From contig CBDBGT010000011.1 of assembly GCA_965205365.1 (NCBI GenBank), positions 36,292 to 100,291 on the forward strand: a stretch of 64,000 nucleotides of DNA, written 5' to 3'. The first letter of the stretch is position 1. Each line of letters opens with the position of its first letter. A program made the position numbers and the translations under genes. Below, piece by piece: positions 9,076 to 19,098 of this stretch. The DNA comes from Bdellovibrionales bacterium (GTDB lineage: Bacteria > Bdellovibrionota > Bdellovibrionia > Bdellovibrionales > UBA1609). The notes beneath the pieces are model-generated. The model did no database searches. It was not told the origin of the DNA and was given only the letters and a program-made list of their open reading frames with translations.

Positions 9076-11223
9076 TTTTTTTAAATAATTAAAGAGCTTA
9101 AGACCTTAATTTTTTTTTACTACTTTTGTATCAAAATAAGAAAAAAACAGTTCTTTGAAAACACTAAGTTAAAAATAAAGCTAAAAACCCACACTTATTA
9201 CGCCTTAATATTAAATTAAGAAAATCACTTAATTTACTCAAGTTTTTAAGCCCTTTATCCGATACATAGAGTATAAAATATAAGAATTTATATAGGATAT
9301 AACATGAAAGCTTTAACTTTATTTACAGTTTTATTATGGACGTTTTCTTCCTTGGCTGTGCCAAGTTCTTTTGTCTTTCAAGGTCAAATTATAAAGCCCA
9401 ATGGAGAAGCCCTAGAAGACAATAATGTTAACTTTATTCTTAAAATCCTATCTCCCCTAAACCACTGCCTCCTCTATGAAGAAACCTTCACCCTTAATAT
9501 GACAGACTCAAAGGGAGTGTTTAACCTAAGTGTTGGGTCTGGCACAACCACAGGAAATGGTGGCTTAACAAGTTTATCTAAAGCCCTAGACAATTCCTTA
9601 AACAACATCACAGGGCTTAACTGTGACTCTGGTTCCTCATACAGTCCAAGCCTCACTGACACAAGAAAACTTAGAATGACTTTTGATGACGGCAGTGGTC
9701 CCCTTACTCTAACAAATGACCACACAATTGAAAGTGTGCCCTATGCTCAGTATGCTCATAAACTTGGCGGAAAAACACTTCATGACTTTATTCAAGTCAA
9801 CAGTGGTGTGACACAAAGTAATTTAGAAACTGTGTTTGATAACGGTGTAAACCAAAGAGAGTTTATGGCTTTAATTGAGGGCCGTTCTAACCAATACTCT
9901 CCATTAAGCACTAGTGGAGCTAGTTCTTTACCGAGCTTTTCAAATCCTCCCCTTAACTCTAAGGCAGGAGATGTTTGGTACAACTCTACAACCAATGAAA
10001 TCATGTACCACAATGGATCAGTAAACACCGTTGTTGGCCAAGGGAGTGGAACTGTGACCAGTATCACCACAGGAAGTGGTCTAAGTGGTGGAATCATTAC
10101 AAACAGCGGTACAATTTCAATTGCCACAGGGGGTGTATTAAACAGTCACCTTCAAGGTGGTATCCATGGAAGTAAAATCACAGGAGGAGTTTTACCAGCC
10201 TCAGTGGTTCCAACAGGAACTGATGATACAAAGCTTTCTCTTCAAGGAGGAAGTTTATTAGGTGATCTTAACCTTAATGGAAATGAGGTTTTAAACACAG
10301 GTCATATTATGCAAAACCCGAGGAGTACAATGACCCTAGGTTCTTATGGGAATTTAGAAGAGGCTAGTCTTTTAGGTTCTTTGAGTGCGGGGAATGCTGG
10401 AGCCACTTGGTACAATAGTGATTCTAGTGTGCTTAAGTACTGGGATGGTAGTGGTGTAGAAGTTTTAACCACAGTGAGTGTAGGTGTATCAAGTGTTTTA
10501 GTGAGTCCCCCGTTAACTTCTTCAGGTGGTAATGATCCAAGACTAGGCATAAGCCTTGGTAGGGGTTTATACAACAAGAGTGGAAGTGTGGAGATAGATT
10601 TAGACTCTCTTAGTGGTTTAGACTTTAATGGAAGTAAGTTAAAGGTAAAGGCAGGAAGTGGTATAAGACTAACAGGAAGTGGTATAGAGGCAGATACGGG
10701 AACGAGTTTAGGTCAGTTAATGAGAGTAGACAGTCTTCCTGTGTGCACAAGTGGGGAAAAGATTCAAAGAAACTCTGGAGCCACAGTGACTTATTCTTGT
10801 GTGGCTGATGTAGATGAAGACACAAGTCTTTTAGGAAAATCAGCAGGAGGAGACCTTAGTGGAACTTATCCAAACCCCATTTTAACATCAACAGGGGTGA
10901 GTGAGGGAATCTACTTAAAAGTTAGAGTGGACACTAAGGGAAGGGTAAGAGAGGGTTTAAGTTTAGTAGAAAGTGATATACCAAACTTAAGTGGAAATAA
11001 AATCACTTCAGGAACCATTAATACAAATAGATTAAACACAGGAACAGGGAGTAATGACCTTGTTAAGCTTGATGGTTTATCAAGGTTACCAAGTGTAGAT
11101 GGGAGTCAGCTTATAAACTTACCAAGTAGTGCTGACAATATGGGAAATGGTGAGGCGCAAGAGAATATACATCTTAATGGAAATTATTTAAGTGGAGACG
11201 GTGATAATGAGGGAATTAGTGTA
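9076..11223 (+). repeat. About 2.1-kb direct repeat (upstream region plus fibre shaft); second copy at about 27786-29934
   Basis: About 230 bp of upstream DNA and about 640 codons are nearly identical between the two fibre genes. Confidence 0.95.
9238..9265 (+). promoter_or_regulatory. Putative sigma28 (FliA) promoter of fibre gene 1
   Basis: tcaagttt-ttaagcccttta-tccgatac about 40 bp before the ATG; resembles TAAAGTTT-N11-GCCGATAA. Confidence 0.55.
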
Positions 11224-12084
11224 AACAGTGATGGCGATGTTTCTGCAACAGGGTCTATTAGTGCATCTAGTGTTGTGCTTTTAAATGGAATAAAAATTGG
11301 AACAGAGACAACAACTTGTAGCAGTGTAAATGAGGGAACTTTAAGGTATAGTACTTTAGAAAAGAAAATGGAGTTTTGTAATGGAACAGTGTGGAGTGTT
11401 TTAGGTGTTGAGCCTGATCCATGTCTTGTGTCTTCTTCACCCCCCCCCCCCCCCCCCTCAGGAACCGTGTGTAAAGGTGGAGCAATTTATCTTGGAAGTC
11501 TTAGCCCAGGTGCTACTAGTGGAAGTGGAACAGATCACTATATGACCACCCCTGGGGGTTGTGAGGACATTCCATCAGGAAGTGTTTCAGGAGGTTCGGG
11601 GACAAATTCCTATGCATTAAATGATTTTACAGTGATTTGTTCTGGTACGGATAGCTTACATAAAGATTGGAATGATAGTTTAACTAATTACTACGATATT
11701 CCAGGGCTAGTAAACTACATATCAACTCCTGGAACTGGTCATGGTGAAAGTAACATAGATTTAAATTACGGTTCAGCTAATACAGATGCAATTGCTGCCA
11801 TCACTTTACCGCTTCAAGGGGGTTATCATGCCGCAGCAAGGTATTGTCATAAGCTTGTTTATGGTGGTTATGATGATTGGCATTTACCTAATCGTTATGA
11901 GCTTAATTTAATGTACACAAACCGCTCTGTTATTCGAGGTTTAGATCAAAATGGTTCATATTATTGGTCGTCTACGGAGGACGATCATTACTATGCGTGG
12001 GTCCAGAGATTCTCAGATGGATTCCAGCATAATTATGACGGCAAGGCCAACGATTTTTTGATTCGGTGTGTGCGGCGGTTTTGA
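9304..12084 (+). CDS. MAT-like (mosaic adhesive trimer) fibre adhesin 1 with C-terminal DUF1566/Lcl C-type-lectin domain
   Basis: Signal peptide; FQGQIIKPNG..LE...CLLYEE...GVFNLSVGSG and SVPYA N-terminal motifs; Gly-rich tail-fibre shaft; GYDDWHLPNRYEL...YWSSTE...AW...RCVRRF tip. Confidence 0.85.
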   Translation: MKALTLFTVLLWTFSSLAVPSSFVFQGQIIKPNGEALEDNNVNFILKILSPLNHCLLYEETFTLNMTDSKGVFNLSVGSGTTTGNGGLTSLSKALDNSLNNITGLNCDSGSSYSPSLTDTRKLRMTFDDGSGPLTLTNDHTIESVPYAQYAHKLGGKTLHDFIQVNSGVTQSNLETVFDNGVNQREFMALIEGRSNQYSPLSTSGASSLPSFSNPPLNSKAGDVWYNSTTNEIMYHNGSVNTVVGQGSGTVTSITTGSGLSGGIITNSGTISIATGGVLNSHLQGGIHGSKITGGVLPASVVPTGTDDTKLSLQGGSLLGDLNLNGNEVLNTGHIMQNPRSTMTLGSYGNLEEASLLGSLSAGNAGATWYNSDSSVLKYWDGSGVEVLTTVSVGVSSVLVSPPLTSSGGNDPRLGISLGRGLYNKSGSVEIDLDSLSGLDFNGSKLKVKAGSGIRLTGSGIEADTGTSLGQLMRVDSLPVCTSGEKIQRNSGATVTYSCVADVDEDTSLLGKSAGGDLSGTYPNPILTSTGVSEGIYLKVRVDTKGRVREGLSLVESDIPNLSGNKITSGTINTNRLNTGTGSNDLVKLDGLSRLPSVDGSQLINLPSSADNMGNGEAQENIHLNGNYLSGDGDNEGISVNSDGDVSATGSISASSVVLLNGIKIGTETTTCSSVNEGTLRYSTLEKKMEFCNGTVWSVLGVEPDPCLVSSSPPPPPPSGTVCKGGAIYLGSLSPGATSGSGTDHYMTTPGGCEDIPSGSVSGGSGTNSYALNDFTVICSGTDSLHKDWNDSLTNYYDIPGLVNYISTPGTGHGESNIDLNYGSANTDAIAAITLPLQGGYHAAARYCHKLVYGGYDDWHLPNRYELNLMYTNRSVIRGLDQNGSYYWSSTEDDHYYAWVQRFSDGFQHNYDGKANDFLIRCVRRF
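11440..11457 (+). repeat. C18 homopolymer, in frame (Pro6)
   Basis: 18 consecutive C between shaft and lectin tip; the paralogue has only C5 here. Confidence 0.9.
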
Positions 12085-12245
12085 GGCTTAAAAGGGCTCA
12101 TTATGATTTTTAAATTAGTTAAAACTGCAGCTAAGGTAGCAACGCTCAAAGAACCCGAGATTAAACTTAAACCCTAAGCTTAGTTTTGTGTTTTTACTTT
12201 TTAAGTTCATATTTAATATTTTTTAGGCTGTACAGTCTATGGCAT

Positions 12246-13728
12246 GGTTCACCGTTATCTAGAAGGGTGTGATCCATGCCAACAAGCCTAAAGTCCTGAA
12301 AAAGATAAACAAGCTCCCTCCACACAATTAAAATTTGGTTACTAAATAAACTAAATTGTCGGAGGATTAAATGGAGCTATTTGAAAAGTTAATCGTAAAA
12401 TCACTAGGTCTTCAAGGTGTAAAATTAGAAAACTGGGAGGCTTGTGATAAAGAGTTAAAACTAGTCCTTTACGCAAAACAAGATCGTGAAAATGTAGGCT
12501 GTAATCAATGTGGCTGCCAAATATCTCATGTCCATGAGTGGAAGCTTCGAAAAATTAAAGCTTCTCCAATAGGCTCATATGAAGAGGTGTGGATTTACTT
12601 AAAACAGCTTCGAGGGCACTGCTTAATGTGTGATGATAAAGTCAGATCAGCTGGTGTTGATTTTACTCACCCTAATTTTGAAAACTTAACTTACTCACTT
12701 GTAGAAAAAGCAGGACGTCTTTGTGAAGAGATGACTTGTGAGTCAGTTGCTAGAATTTTAAGAATGAACCCCAAGACTGTGTGGAATTTGGATCAGTACC
12801 GGATGAAGCAAATAAAACCTCTTTTAAGCTATGCTGAAAGAAAGTTAGATTTAGAGCAGATGTCATCTGATGAGGTGCACTTTAGAACTATTTTTGGAAA
12901 GAAGTCTTGTGACAAGAATACGATTAAGTTCATCACAAATTTAGTCTGTACGAAGATGAGAAAGGTGCTCTCAAATGCAATGGGCAGAAAGGGTTCAAGC
13001 TTACTTAATTGTTTAAAGGTATTAACAAAAGAGCAGCTAGATAAGATCAAGTTTTTTGCAGTTGATATGCATGATGCTTTTATTGAGGCTGTGATAGGTA
13101 AATGTGAGAATGCTAAGGTCTGTGTTGATAGGTTCCATGTTGCAGAAGGGCTAAATAATTTTTTTGATGATGTGAGAAAATTTGAGTTTAAAAAAGCTAA
13201 AGAAAATGAAGATAAGTTTTTAATGGATGTGCTAGCACCTCATAAAAGATATATTTTAGTGGAGCGTGAGAAGAATTTATCTAAAGGAGATTTTACTAAA
13301 TTAGAGAGGCTTTTAGATGTGAATAAGAACATTTTTAAAGCTTCAGTTTTAGTTGAGCACTTCCATAAAGTTTTAGATCAAAAGAATGTAAAAGACTTTA
13401 GAAAAGCTCTGGTTCTTTGGTACCGATATGCAAGAGAGTCAAAATTAAAGCCCTTTTTGAAATTTGCAAAAACCTTAAGAAAGTACAGAGGTTACATTGA
13501 AGGATATATTATGTCTGGGCTCACAACAGCAGTAAGTGAAGGCTTAAACAACAAGATTAAAGTGCTTAGAAGGATGGGCTATGGTTACACAAACCCAGAG
13601 TCATTTATGCACAAAATACTGCAGCGATGTGGACTTTTAAACTCAAATTACATCAATACTTCAAGTTGGTACTGGCCACCTCAAATGAGATTGGCACAAA
13701 CTACACCCTTCTAGATAACGGAGAGGCC
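12246..13728 (+). mobile_element. Intact ISL3-family element
   Basis: Terminal IRs share the core ccgttatctagaagggtgt; 8-bp target duplication tatggcat at 12238-12245 and 13729-13736. Confidence 0.95.
12371..13714 (+). CDS. ISL3 transposase
   Basis: CNQC/CLMC zinc finger, DEVH, VDMH, DRFHV, SEGLNNKIK..R.GYG motifs. Confidence 0.95.
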   Translation: MELFEKLIVKSLGLQGVKLENWEACDKELKLVLYAKQDRENVGCNQCGCQISHVHEWKLRKIKASPIGSYEEVWIYLKQLRGHCLMCDDKVRSAGVDFTHPNFENLTYSLVEKAGRLCEEMTCESVARILRMNPKTVWNLDQYRMKQIKPLLSYAERKLDLEQMSSDEVHFRTIFGKKSCDKNTIKFITNLVCTKMRKVLSNAMGRKGSSLLNCLKVLTKEQLDKIKFFAVDMHDAFIEAVIGKCENAKVCVDRFHVAEGLNNFFDDVRKFEFKKAKENEDKFLMDVLAPHKRYILVEREKNLSKGDFTKLERLLDVNKNIFKASVLVEHFHKVLDQKNVKDFRKALVLWYRYARESKLKPFLKFAKTLRKYRGYIEGYIMSGLTTAVSEGLNNKIKVLRRMGYGYTNPESFMHKILQRCGLLNSNYINTSSWYWPPQMRLAQTTPF

Positions 13729-13894
13729 TATGGCATCACCCCTAAAGGTGTTTATGCGGGTAACCTTATTAATTTAAAAAGATATCTTGACAAACTGTAT
13801 GTTATGTTTGATATGAAGCAACTTTGGGGCAAACTATTTAACTTGCTGGGGAAGCTGTTCTTTTCCAGCTGATTATATAAGGATAAGGTTTTTT

Positions 13895-14710
13895 ATGCAA
13901 CGACTACACACTACAATAACCGCAGTCACAGTTGCTATAGCAATCACTGTGGGCACTAGTCCGGCTAAAGCGGATAAACTAGATGATGTAATTAATAAAG
14001 GTATACTTCGTTGTGGAGTGGTTCTTGATTTCCCACCCATTGGATATCGCGATAGGGACAATAAACCAGCAGGTTTTGATGTGGAATATTGCAAAGATAT
14101 GGCAAAAGCTCTGGAGGTTAAGTTTGAAATTCTACCTTTGGTTTGGGCTGAAAGGTTGCCTTTTATTATCACTAATCGTGCTGATGTTGTCTTCGGGGGA
14201 ACTTCTGATTCTTTAGAACGCGCTAAGACTGTGGGCTTTTCCATTCCCTATGCAGTGTATTACGCTCAGGCTGTTGTTGGCAAAAACTCTGGTATCAAGA
14301 CTTTTGAAGATATGAAAGGTAAGCGAGTTGCTGCTGCCATCAGTACGGTGCAAGAGGTGGAGTTTCTTAAATATGCAAGAAAATGGGGAACAGAGAACCT
14401 TTATCAAGGGTATGAAAGTGAAAATGAAGTGTTCCTAGCTGTTGCTCAAGGTAGGGCGGATGCGGGGATCACCACAAGCACCGCTGTAAAACCCATTGTG
14501 GCTAAATATGACACCATCATTGTCGGCCCTAGAATGGCATGGGGAACGGATTATACATCGATTATTGGTCCAAGAAAGGACTTTGGCTGGCTTAATTATC
14601 TGAACCTGTTTGTAACCCATCAGGTTCGGTCTGGACGTTACCAAGAGCTTTGGGAGAAATTCGTAGGCGGCAAAGCGCCAGAATTACGCATTCCAGGGGT
14701 TATGTACTAG
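13895..14710 (+). CDS. Polar amino-acid ABC transporter substrate-binding protein (SBP family 3), orphan
   Basis: Signal peptide; LRCGV..DFPPIG.RD...GFDVE and ERAKTVGFSIPY motifs. Confidence 0.9.
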   Translation: MQRLHTTITAVTVAIAITVGTSPAKADKLDDVINKGILRCGVVLDFPPIGYRDRDNKPAGFDVEYCKDMAKALEVKFEILPLVWAERLPFIITNRADVVFGGTSDSLERAKTVGFSIPYAVYYAQAVVGKNSGIKTFEDMKGKRVAAAISTVQEVEFLKYARKWGTENLYQGYESENEVFLAVAQGRADAGITTSTAVKPIVAKYDTIIVGPRMAWGTDYTSIIGPRKDFGWLNYLNLFVTHQVRSGRYQELWEKFVGGKAPELRIPGVMY

Positions 14711-14785
14711 ATTGAATTTGGCTTTTATTATGTATTAAAGCCGGTAAGAGGAATCTGTGCGTTTATTCTAATATAAGGCTAGATT

Positions 14786-16015
14786 CTAATCAATACTCAT
14801 ATGAACTATTAAGGGCCTTCCTTTAGGAGGTGGGGAATCTTTTTTTTCTGATGAGGTGTTTGAATCTTCTTGACTAGAATTCTTTGAATGAGAAGAAGCA
14901 CTCTTGTCTAATTGTTCAATGAAAATTTCTTTTAAAGCATTTGCATCTAAAACGTAGGCTGTAATAGTTGTTGTTATGTTTCCTGTAATGCCAGATGATG
15001 TGACTAAAAAAGTGGAAAGAGGAGAGTAGAGAATGGGTATGCCATTTGAATGAATTTCTTCAATGTTAGAGAAGTTAAGCTCACTTAAAAGGTTGTCAAA
15101 ACTATTTTCATCAAGGCTTCCACCTTCAGCTTGTATCTCATCTCTGCGCATTAAAAAGTCTTTGGTTGCTTCTTCAGTAAACTGAGGGTCTATACTCATT
15201 AAGACATTTTTTTCAGCAGTGTTTACATTGATCCCAAAAGTGCCATGAATAGTAATAAGATTTTTTAAATGTTTGAATATAAGGTCATCCATTTTATCTA
15301 CAAGCATCAATTCAGATAAAGTCATAAAGGAGGAGTTTCTTGGGTAACCTTTTTGCTCTTCAAAAGTGTAAAAACTTGATTCACTGCCTCCGTTTCGAGA
15401 CTCTTCATCTTTGTCCACCCAATCAGCTACGTTATTTAAAACTTCTTTTATAGAATCTATTGAGTGTTTTTTTGATAAAGCATGGTCTGTGTCTAGAAGC
15501 TGGTTAAATGTACGTAGTAGGGTTTCTAGTGTTTTATTAGAAATAGTTTTTACAGGAGAGCCTAAGCTGTTTAAATCTATTTTTTCACCAGCATCTTGGA
15601 TTTGATGGAAAAAAGTAATATTACTAATTAAAGATTTTTTTAAAATGGTTTTGGTTTCATCTTTTGAAATTAGTCCTGCATTTTCTGGGATTTCTATGGG
15701 CCATGGTAGAGGGAACTGCCAAATCATTGCAAGCTGCTGGCTAAAGTTTATATTTTGATTTCCTACGGCTTTACTAATTGAGGCTTTTGCGTGTTGAAAA
15801 GCTTTGATTCTTAGTAATGCCATTTCTAAACCTGCTTTTGCAGAATATTTAGATTTTAATTTTTTCAACTCTCTACTTGCAAGAGTAGACTCAGTAAGTG
15901 TTTCTGTAGAAAGTTGAGTAACAATGAAGCCAGCAATGGTGAAAAAGAAAAGAGCCATCATCAACGCAGCACCGGTTTCATTTTTTTTATTTACAATCTC
16001 TTCTTTATCACACAT
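14786..16015 (-). CDS. gspK: Type II secretion minor pseudopilin GspK
   Basis: GAALMMAL prepilin-like N-terminus, KIDLN, DWVD.D, INVNTA motifs; last gene of the HIJK operon. Confidence 0.88.
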   Translation of the reverse strand: MCDKEEIVNKKNETGAALMMALFFFTIAGFIVTQLSTETLTESTLASRELKKLKSKYSAKAGLEMALLRIKAFQHAKASISKAVGNQNINFSQQLAMIWQFPLPWPIEIPENAGLISKDETKTILKKSLISNITFFHQIQDAGEKIDLNSLGSPVKTISNKTLETLLRTFNQLLDTDHALSKKHSIDSIKEVLNNVADWVDKDEESRNGGSESSFYTFEEQKGYPRNSSFMTLSELMLVDKMDDLIFKHLKNLITIHGTFGINVNTAEKNVLMSIDPQFTEEATKDFLMRRDEIQAEGGSLDENSFDNLLSELNFSNIEEIHSNGIPILYSPLSTFLVTSSGITGNITTTITAYVLDANALKEIFIEQLDKSASSHSKNSSQEDSNTSSEKKDSPPPKGRPLIVHMSID

Positions 16016-16030
16016 TAATAAATGAGTCTC

Positions 16031-16969
16031 CTAGAGTTGATTTACGTTGCTTGTAGGTTTTAAGGCTTGAGAGTCTTTGATTTTTTTAAAAGGGTTGTTG
16101 TTTGCAAAATCAGTTTGAAAAACACCAGTTAAGTATTCTTTTTTAAATTTTTTTTTGTTTTTTTTATCAGGGATTTTTATTTCTAAAAATAAGGAAACTG
16201 CGGCTGGAAAGTTATTTCCAGTACGCTGATCACTTTTATTTCGGCTATCCCAAGACTCAACCCAATCAGCAGTTTCTTTTGAAATATCTTCATCCTGAAA
16301 GCTTAAGTATTTAAACTCCGCTTTTTCAATATTTTCAATTAAAACAGACTCTTTTCCACCTTTGGTTACATCCTCATCAAGGTTATATGAAACAGATCTC
16401 CACAGACACTTTGATTCTTGATCTTTATATTTTCGACTTTTACAAGTTCTAATAAAGTATCCAATTTCAACTAAATCAGAAATTTTATCAGCAGACCTAA
16501 ACCGCACCCCTGAAGAAGATGTGAAATAAGCTTTCTCATTATCGGCAATGAAATGAGTATAGATTGTTTCTTTAATAGGTGCAATTGGACTTGGGCGAGG
16601 TTGAATATTCATACTTTTTTTTAACTCTTCGGTTAATGTTGCTACAGTTACAAAAGGTCGGGGGTTTTCTTTCTTATTGTATTCTTCAATTTTTTTCTTA
16701 ACATTAGCATCATATCTTTTTACTCGCTCTTTTTGAGCCTCAGTATATAAGAATAAATTTAGATCACGAAAGTTAATTGCTTTTCCAATATCTTTTTTAA
16801 TTATATTCATCGAGGCTCTTAGTTGATTGATATTGTCTATACCAGCTGTGATCCGCTTAGTTTGTACAGTAGATTTTCTAAGCATTTGTGTAGTTGTGAT
16901 GCTTAGAATAGACATAAGAGATATGGCTATGAGTAGTTCTAAAAGGGTGAAGGCTTTTTGGTTTGTCAT
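16031..16969 (-). CDS. gspJ: Type II secretion pseudopilin GspJ
   Basis: AFTLLELLIA cleavage motif, C-terminal W...P.AV, operon position. Confidence 0.8.
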   Translation of the reverse strand: MTNQKAFTLLELLIAISLMSILSITTTQMLRKSTVQTKRITAGIDNINQLRASMNIIKKDIGKAINFRDLNLFLYTEAQKERVKRYDANVKKKIEEYNKKENPRPFVTVATLTEELKKSMNIQPRPSPIAPIKETIYTHFIADNEKAYFTSSSGVRFRSADKISDLVEIGYFIRTCKSRKYKDQESKCLWRSVSYNLDEDVTKGGKESVLIENIEKAEFKYLSFQDEDISKETADWVESWDSRNKSDQRTGNNFPAAVSLFLEIKIPDKKNKKKFKKEYLTGVFQTDFANNNPFKKIKDSQALKPTSNVNQL

Positions 16970-17496
16970 AGGTTACTAACCCCTGAGGGAAGGTTTCCTA
17001 AACCTAGGTCTAAAGGTGTGTCGTAATCTACTAAAATTGTTGCAATGGAGAAGCGGTATTTTTCAGCTTTCGAGGAGGATTTATAAATTATTGTAACTTT
17101 TACTTCTTTAATAGAATCTTCAAGGTGCTTTTTCATTTGAGTAATGACCTTATGTTTCATCTCATCAAGAATACCTTCTTTTTGTGTGAGAAGGCGAGCT
17201 ATATCAGGCATTTTAAACTCAGCACTTTCCCATTCCCATGTGTATGCAGAAAGGCTTTTGTCTTTAAAAGTTCCTGTTTGAATATCCTTGGGAAGTTTTT
17301 TTACATCATTTTTATACATAATTTGAATTTCTGTTATTTTTTTTTCCAAAAGATAAACAGCTTGAGTTTTTGCTTTTGATTTTTTAACTCTTCTTAAATT
17401 TCCTTTCCAACTAGATGTGAGTAGGATCATTATGGAAGCTAAGATAGATAAAGCTATAATGACTTCTAAAAGAGTAAACCCTTTTTTAGTTTTCAT
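16966..17496 (-). CDS. gspI: Type II secretion pseudopilin GspI
   Basis: GFTLLEVIIAL motif; operon position. Confidence 0.78.
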   Translation of the reverse strand: MKTKKGFTLLEVIIALSILASIMILLTSSWKGNLRRVKKSKAKTQAVYLLEKKITEIQIMYKNDVKKLPKDIQTGTFKDKSLSAYTWEWESAEFKMPDIARLLTQKEGILDEMKHKVITQMKKHLEDSIKEVKVTIIYKSSSKAEKYRFSIATILVDYDTPLDLGLGNLPSGVSNL

Positions 17497-18125
17497 CGAT
17501 CTTGAAGCTCCTCTAAACTTTTATGGTCTTTAACTGTATAAAGTTCACCACTAATGCTATCTGAAATCATAGTGATTTTATAAGAGCCGTCTAGGTTTGT
17601 AAATTGTATAGATGTTTCCTCAACAAGGCCATGGGGGAAGTAGTGAAAAACTCCAAGCCCTTCACGAATAGGGTAGTCAATCCCTGAAATTTCAATTTGA
17701 TTGATTTTTAAATTTTTCGGCATTTTTAATTTTTGAAAACTAAATTTTCTAGCTTTTTTAAAGCCCTCATTGTTTTTTATTTTATTATTACCTTTGTTTT
17801 TTTCCTTGTTTTGAAAGTTTTTAAGTAGTTCTTTAAACTTTTCCCTAGATTCTTTCTCTGTTCCTAGAAGAATGGGCCTAGGTGTTTTTTCCACCCAGAT
17901 TTTAGGAGCCTCTTTATCGTTTAGTAGAAAAACTATTCTATATGTTGAGTTCTCTAATAAAGCTTGGTTTCTTATTTTTTTTGACATTAAAGAAAAGCGC
18001 CTAAAAAAACGTTGAAACTCTTTTTGAGGATTTTTAGGTGGCCTTACTGCAAATACAGCTAGGGTCCCTAAAATACCTAGCACTATAAGAATCTCAATAA
18101 GAGAAAATCCATTTTTTTTTGTCAT
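17493..18125 (-). CDS. gspH: Type II secretion pseudopilin GspH
   Basis: GFSLIEILIV motif; C-terminal FPHG...SG. Confidence 0.75.
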   Translation of the reverse strand: MTKKNGFSLIEILIVLGILGTLAVFAVRPPKNPQKEFQRFFRRFSLMSKKIRNQALLENSTYRIVFLLNDKEAPKIWVEKTPRPILLGTEKESREKFKELLKNFQNKEKNKGNNKIKNNEGFKKARKFSFQKLKMPKNLKINQIEISGIDYPIREGLGVFHYFPHGLVEETSIQFTNLDGSYKITMISDSISGELYTVKDHKSLEELQDR

Positions 18126-18195
18126 AATTTATTGTAAAGTGTAATTGATTGAGGTGGAAGGTAAATTTTTATATACCCTCATTCATTAAAAGTTT

Positions 18196-19020
18196 TTAGT
18201 TTAATAAAAGAACGTGTGCTCTTAGGCCCTCATGAATAAGGTTTAATGCTTTTTCAATTTTTTTTGAAATTTCAGAAAAAGCTTGAGTGTTTAATTCTTT
18301 AGTTTTCTCATTCATATATATTGATCTATTCATTTCTATTTGGATAGTATGCCGGCCTTTAAAAGGGTTGCCATAAGTTTGGGTTATGCGACCACCCTTA
18401 TAAGGCCAGTTCACCTTTACTTCAAAACCAGCTTTCTCATAAGAAAAAACAACAAGATCTTTAAATTTAGGATCGCAGCTTCTTCCATCTTCATCGCTAA
18501 TTACTATTTCAGCTCTAGTCTCTCCAGGGTCTCTGTGAATTGATGTTCCTTTAGACGGCATGCTGTGAACATCAATATGAAAAATACGCTTGTGACCTTG
18601 TAATTTAAAATATTCAAACTGTGCTTTAATAGCGTTGTGGAAAGGCTCATAATAAGATTTTACTAAAATAGCGTGAAGTTCTTTTGATATAGGCTTTTTC
18701 ATAAGAGTCTCACCAATGCTTGTTTTAACCCAATGAAGACCGCTTGAAAAAGTGCCAGAAGAGTTTGTTGATTTTTGAACACTGTCGCTGTCCACATCTA
18801 TATTTAACCTGTTTAAATCAATAGCATACCTGGACCATGGAGTGTATATAAATGGAAAGCCGTTTTTTTTTGCTAAGGGCCTATAAAAGGTGTCTATAAA
18901 ACGATCAACATCTCGTAATAGAGTAATAGGATTGAGTTCTTGTAGCCAGTTTGCTTCCATGGGAATTTTTTCACCAGAGTGTGGGCATGATATAAATATA
19001 GGTAAGTTTGATTGTTTCAT
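18196..19020 (-). CDS. N-formylglutamate amidohydrolase
   Basis: SCPHSG, D.FID, SRYAIDLNR, DVHSMPS, PYKGG, IQIEMNR motifs. Confidence 0.9.
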   Translation of the reverse strand: MKQSNLPIFISCPHSGEKIPMEANWLQELNPITLLRDVDRFIDTFYRPLAKKNGFPFIYTPWSRYAIDLNRLNIDVDSDSVQKSTNSSGTFSSGLHWVKTSIGETLMKKPISKELHAILVKSYYEPFHNAIKAQFEYFKLQGHKRIFHIDVHSMPSKGTSIHRDPGETRAEIVISDEDGRSCDPKFKDLVVFSYEKAGFEVKVNWPYKGGRITQTYGNPFKGRHTIQIEMNRSIYMNEKTKELNTQAFSEISKKIEKALNLIHEGLRAHVLLLN

Positions 19021-19098
19021 AAGAGTTATTTTAACATGTTTTTTACAACTTTAAAATATGTGTTTATGAGTTTTAGTTTATAAGTTAGTCTATTTTAT

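Noticed and set aside
9474-11485. Short antisense ORFs repeated in both fibre genes, and similar short overlapping ORFs elsewhere
   Set aside because: They are conserved only because the host genes are duplicated; there is no independent coding evidence.
13627-13872. 81-aa ORF crossing the ISL3 right end
   Set aside because: A chance fusion of IS sequence with flanking DNA.
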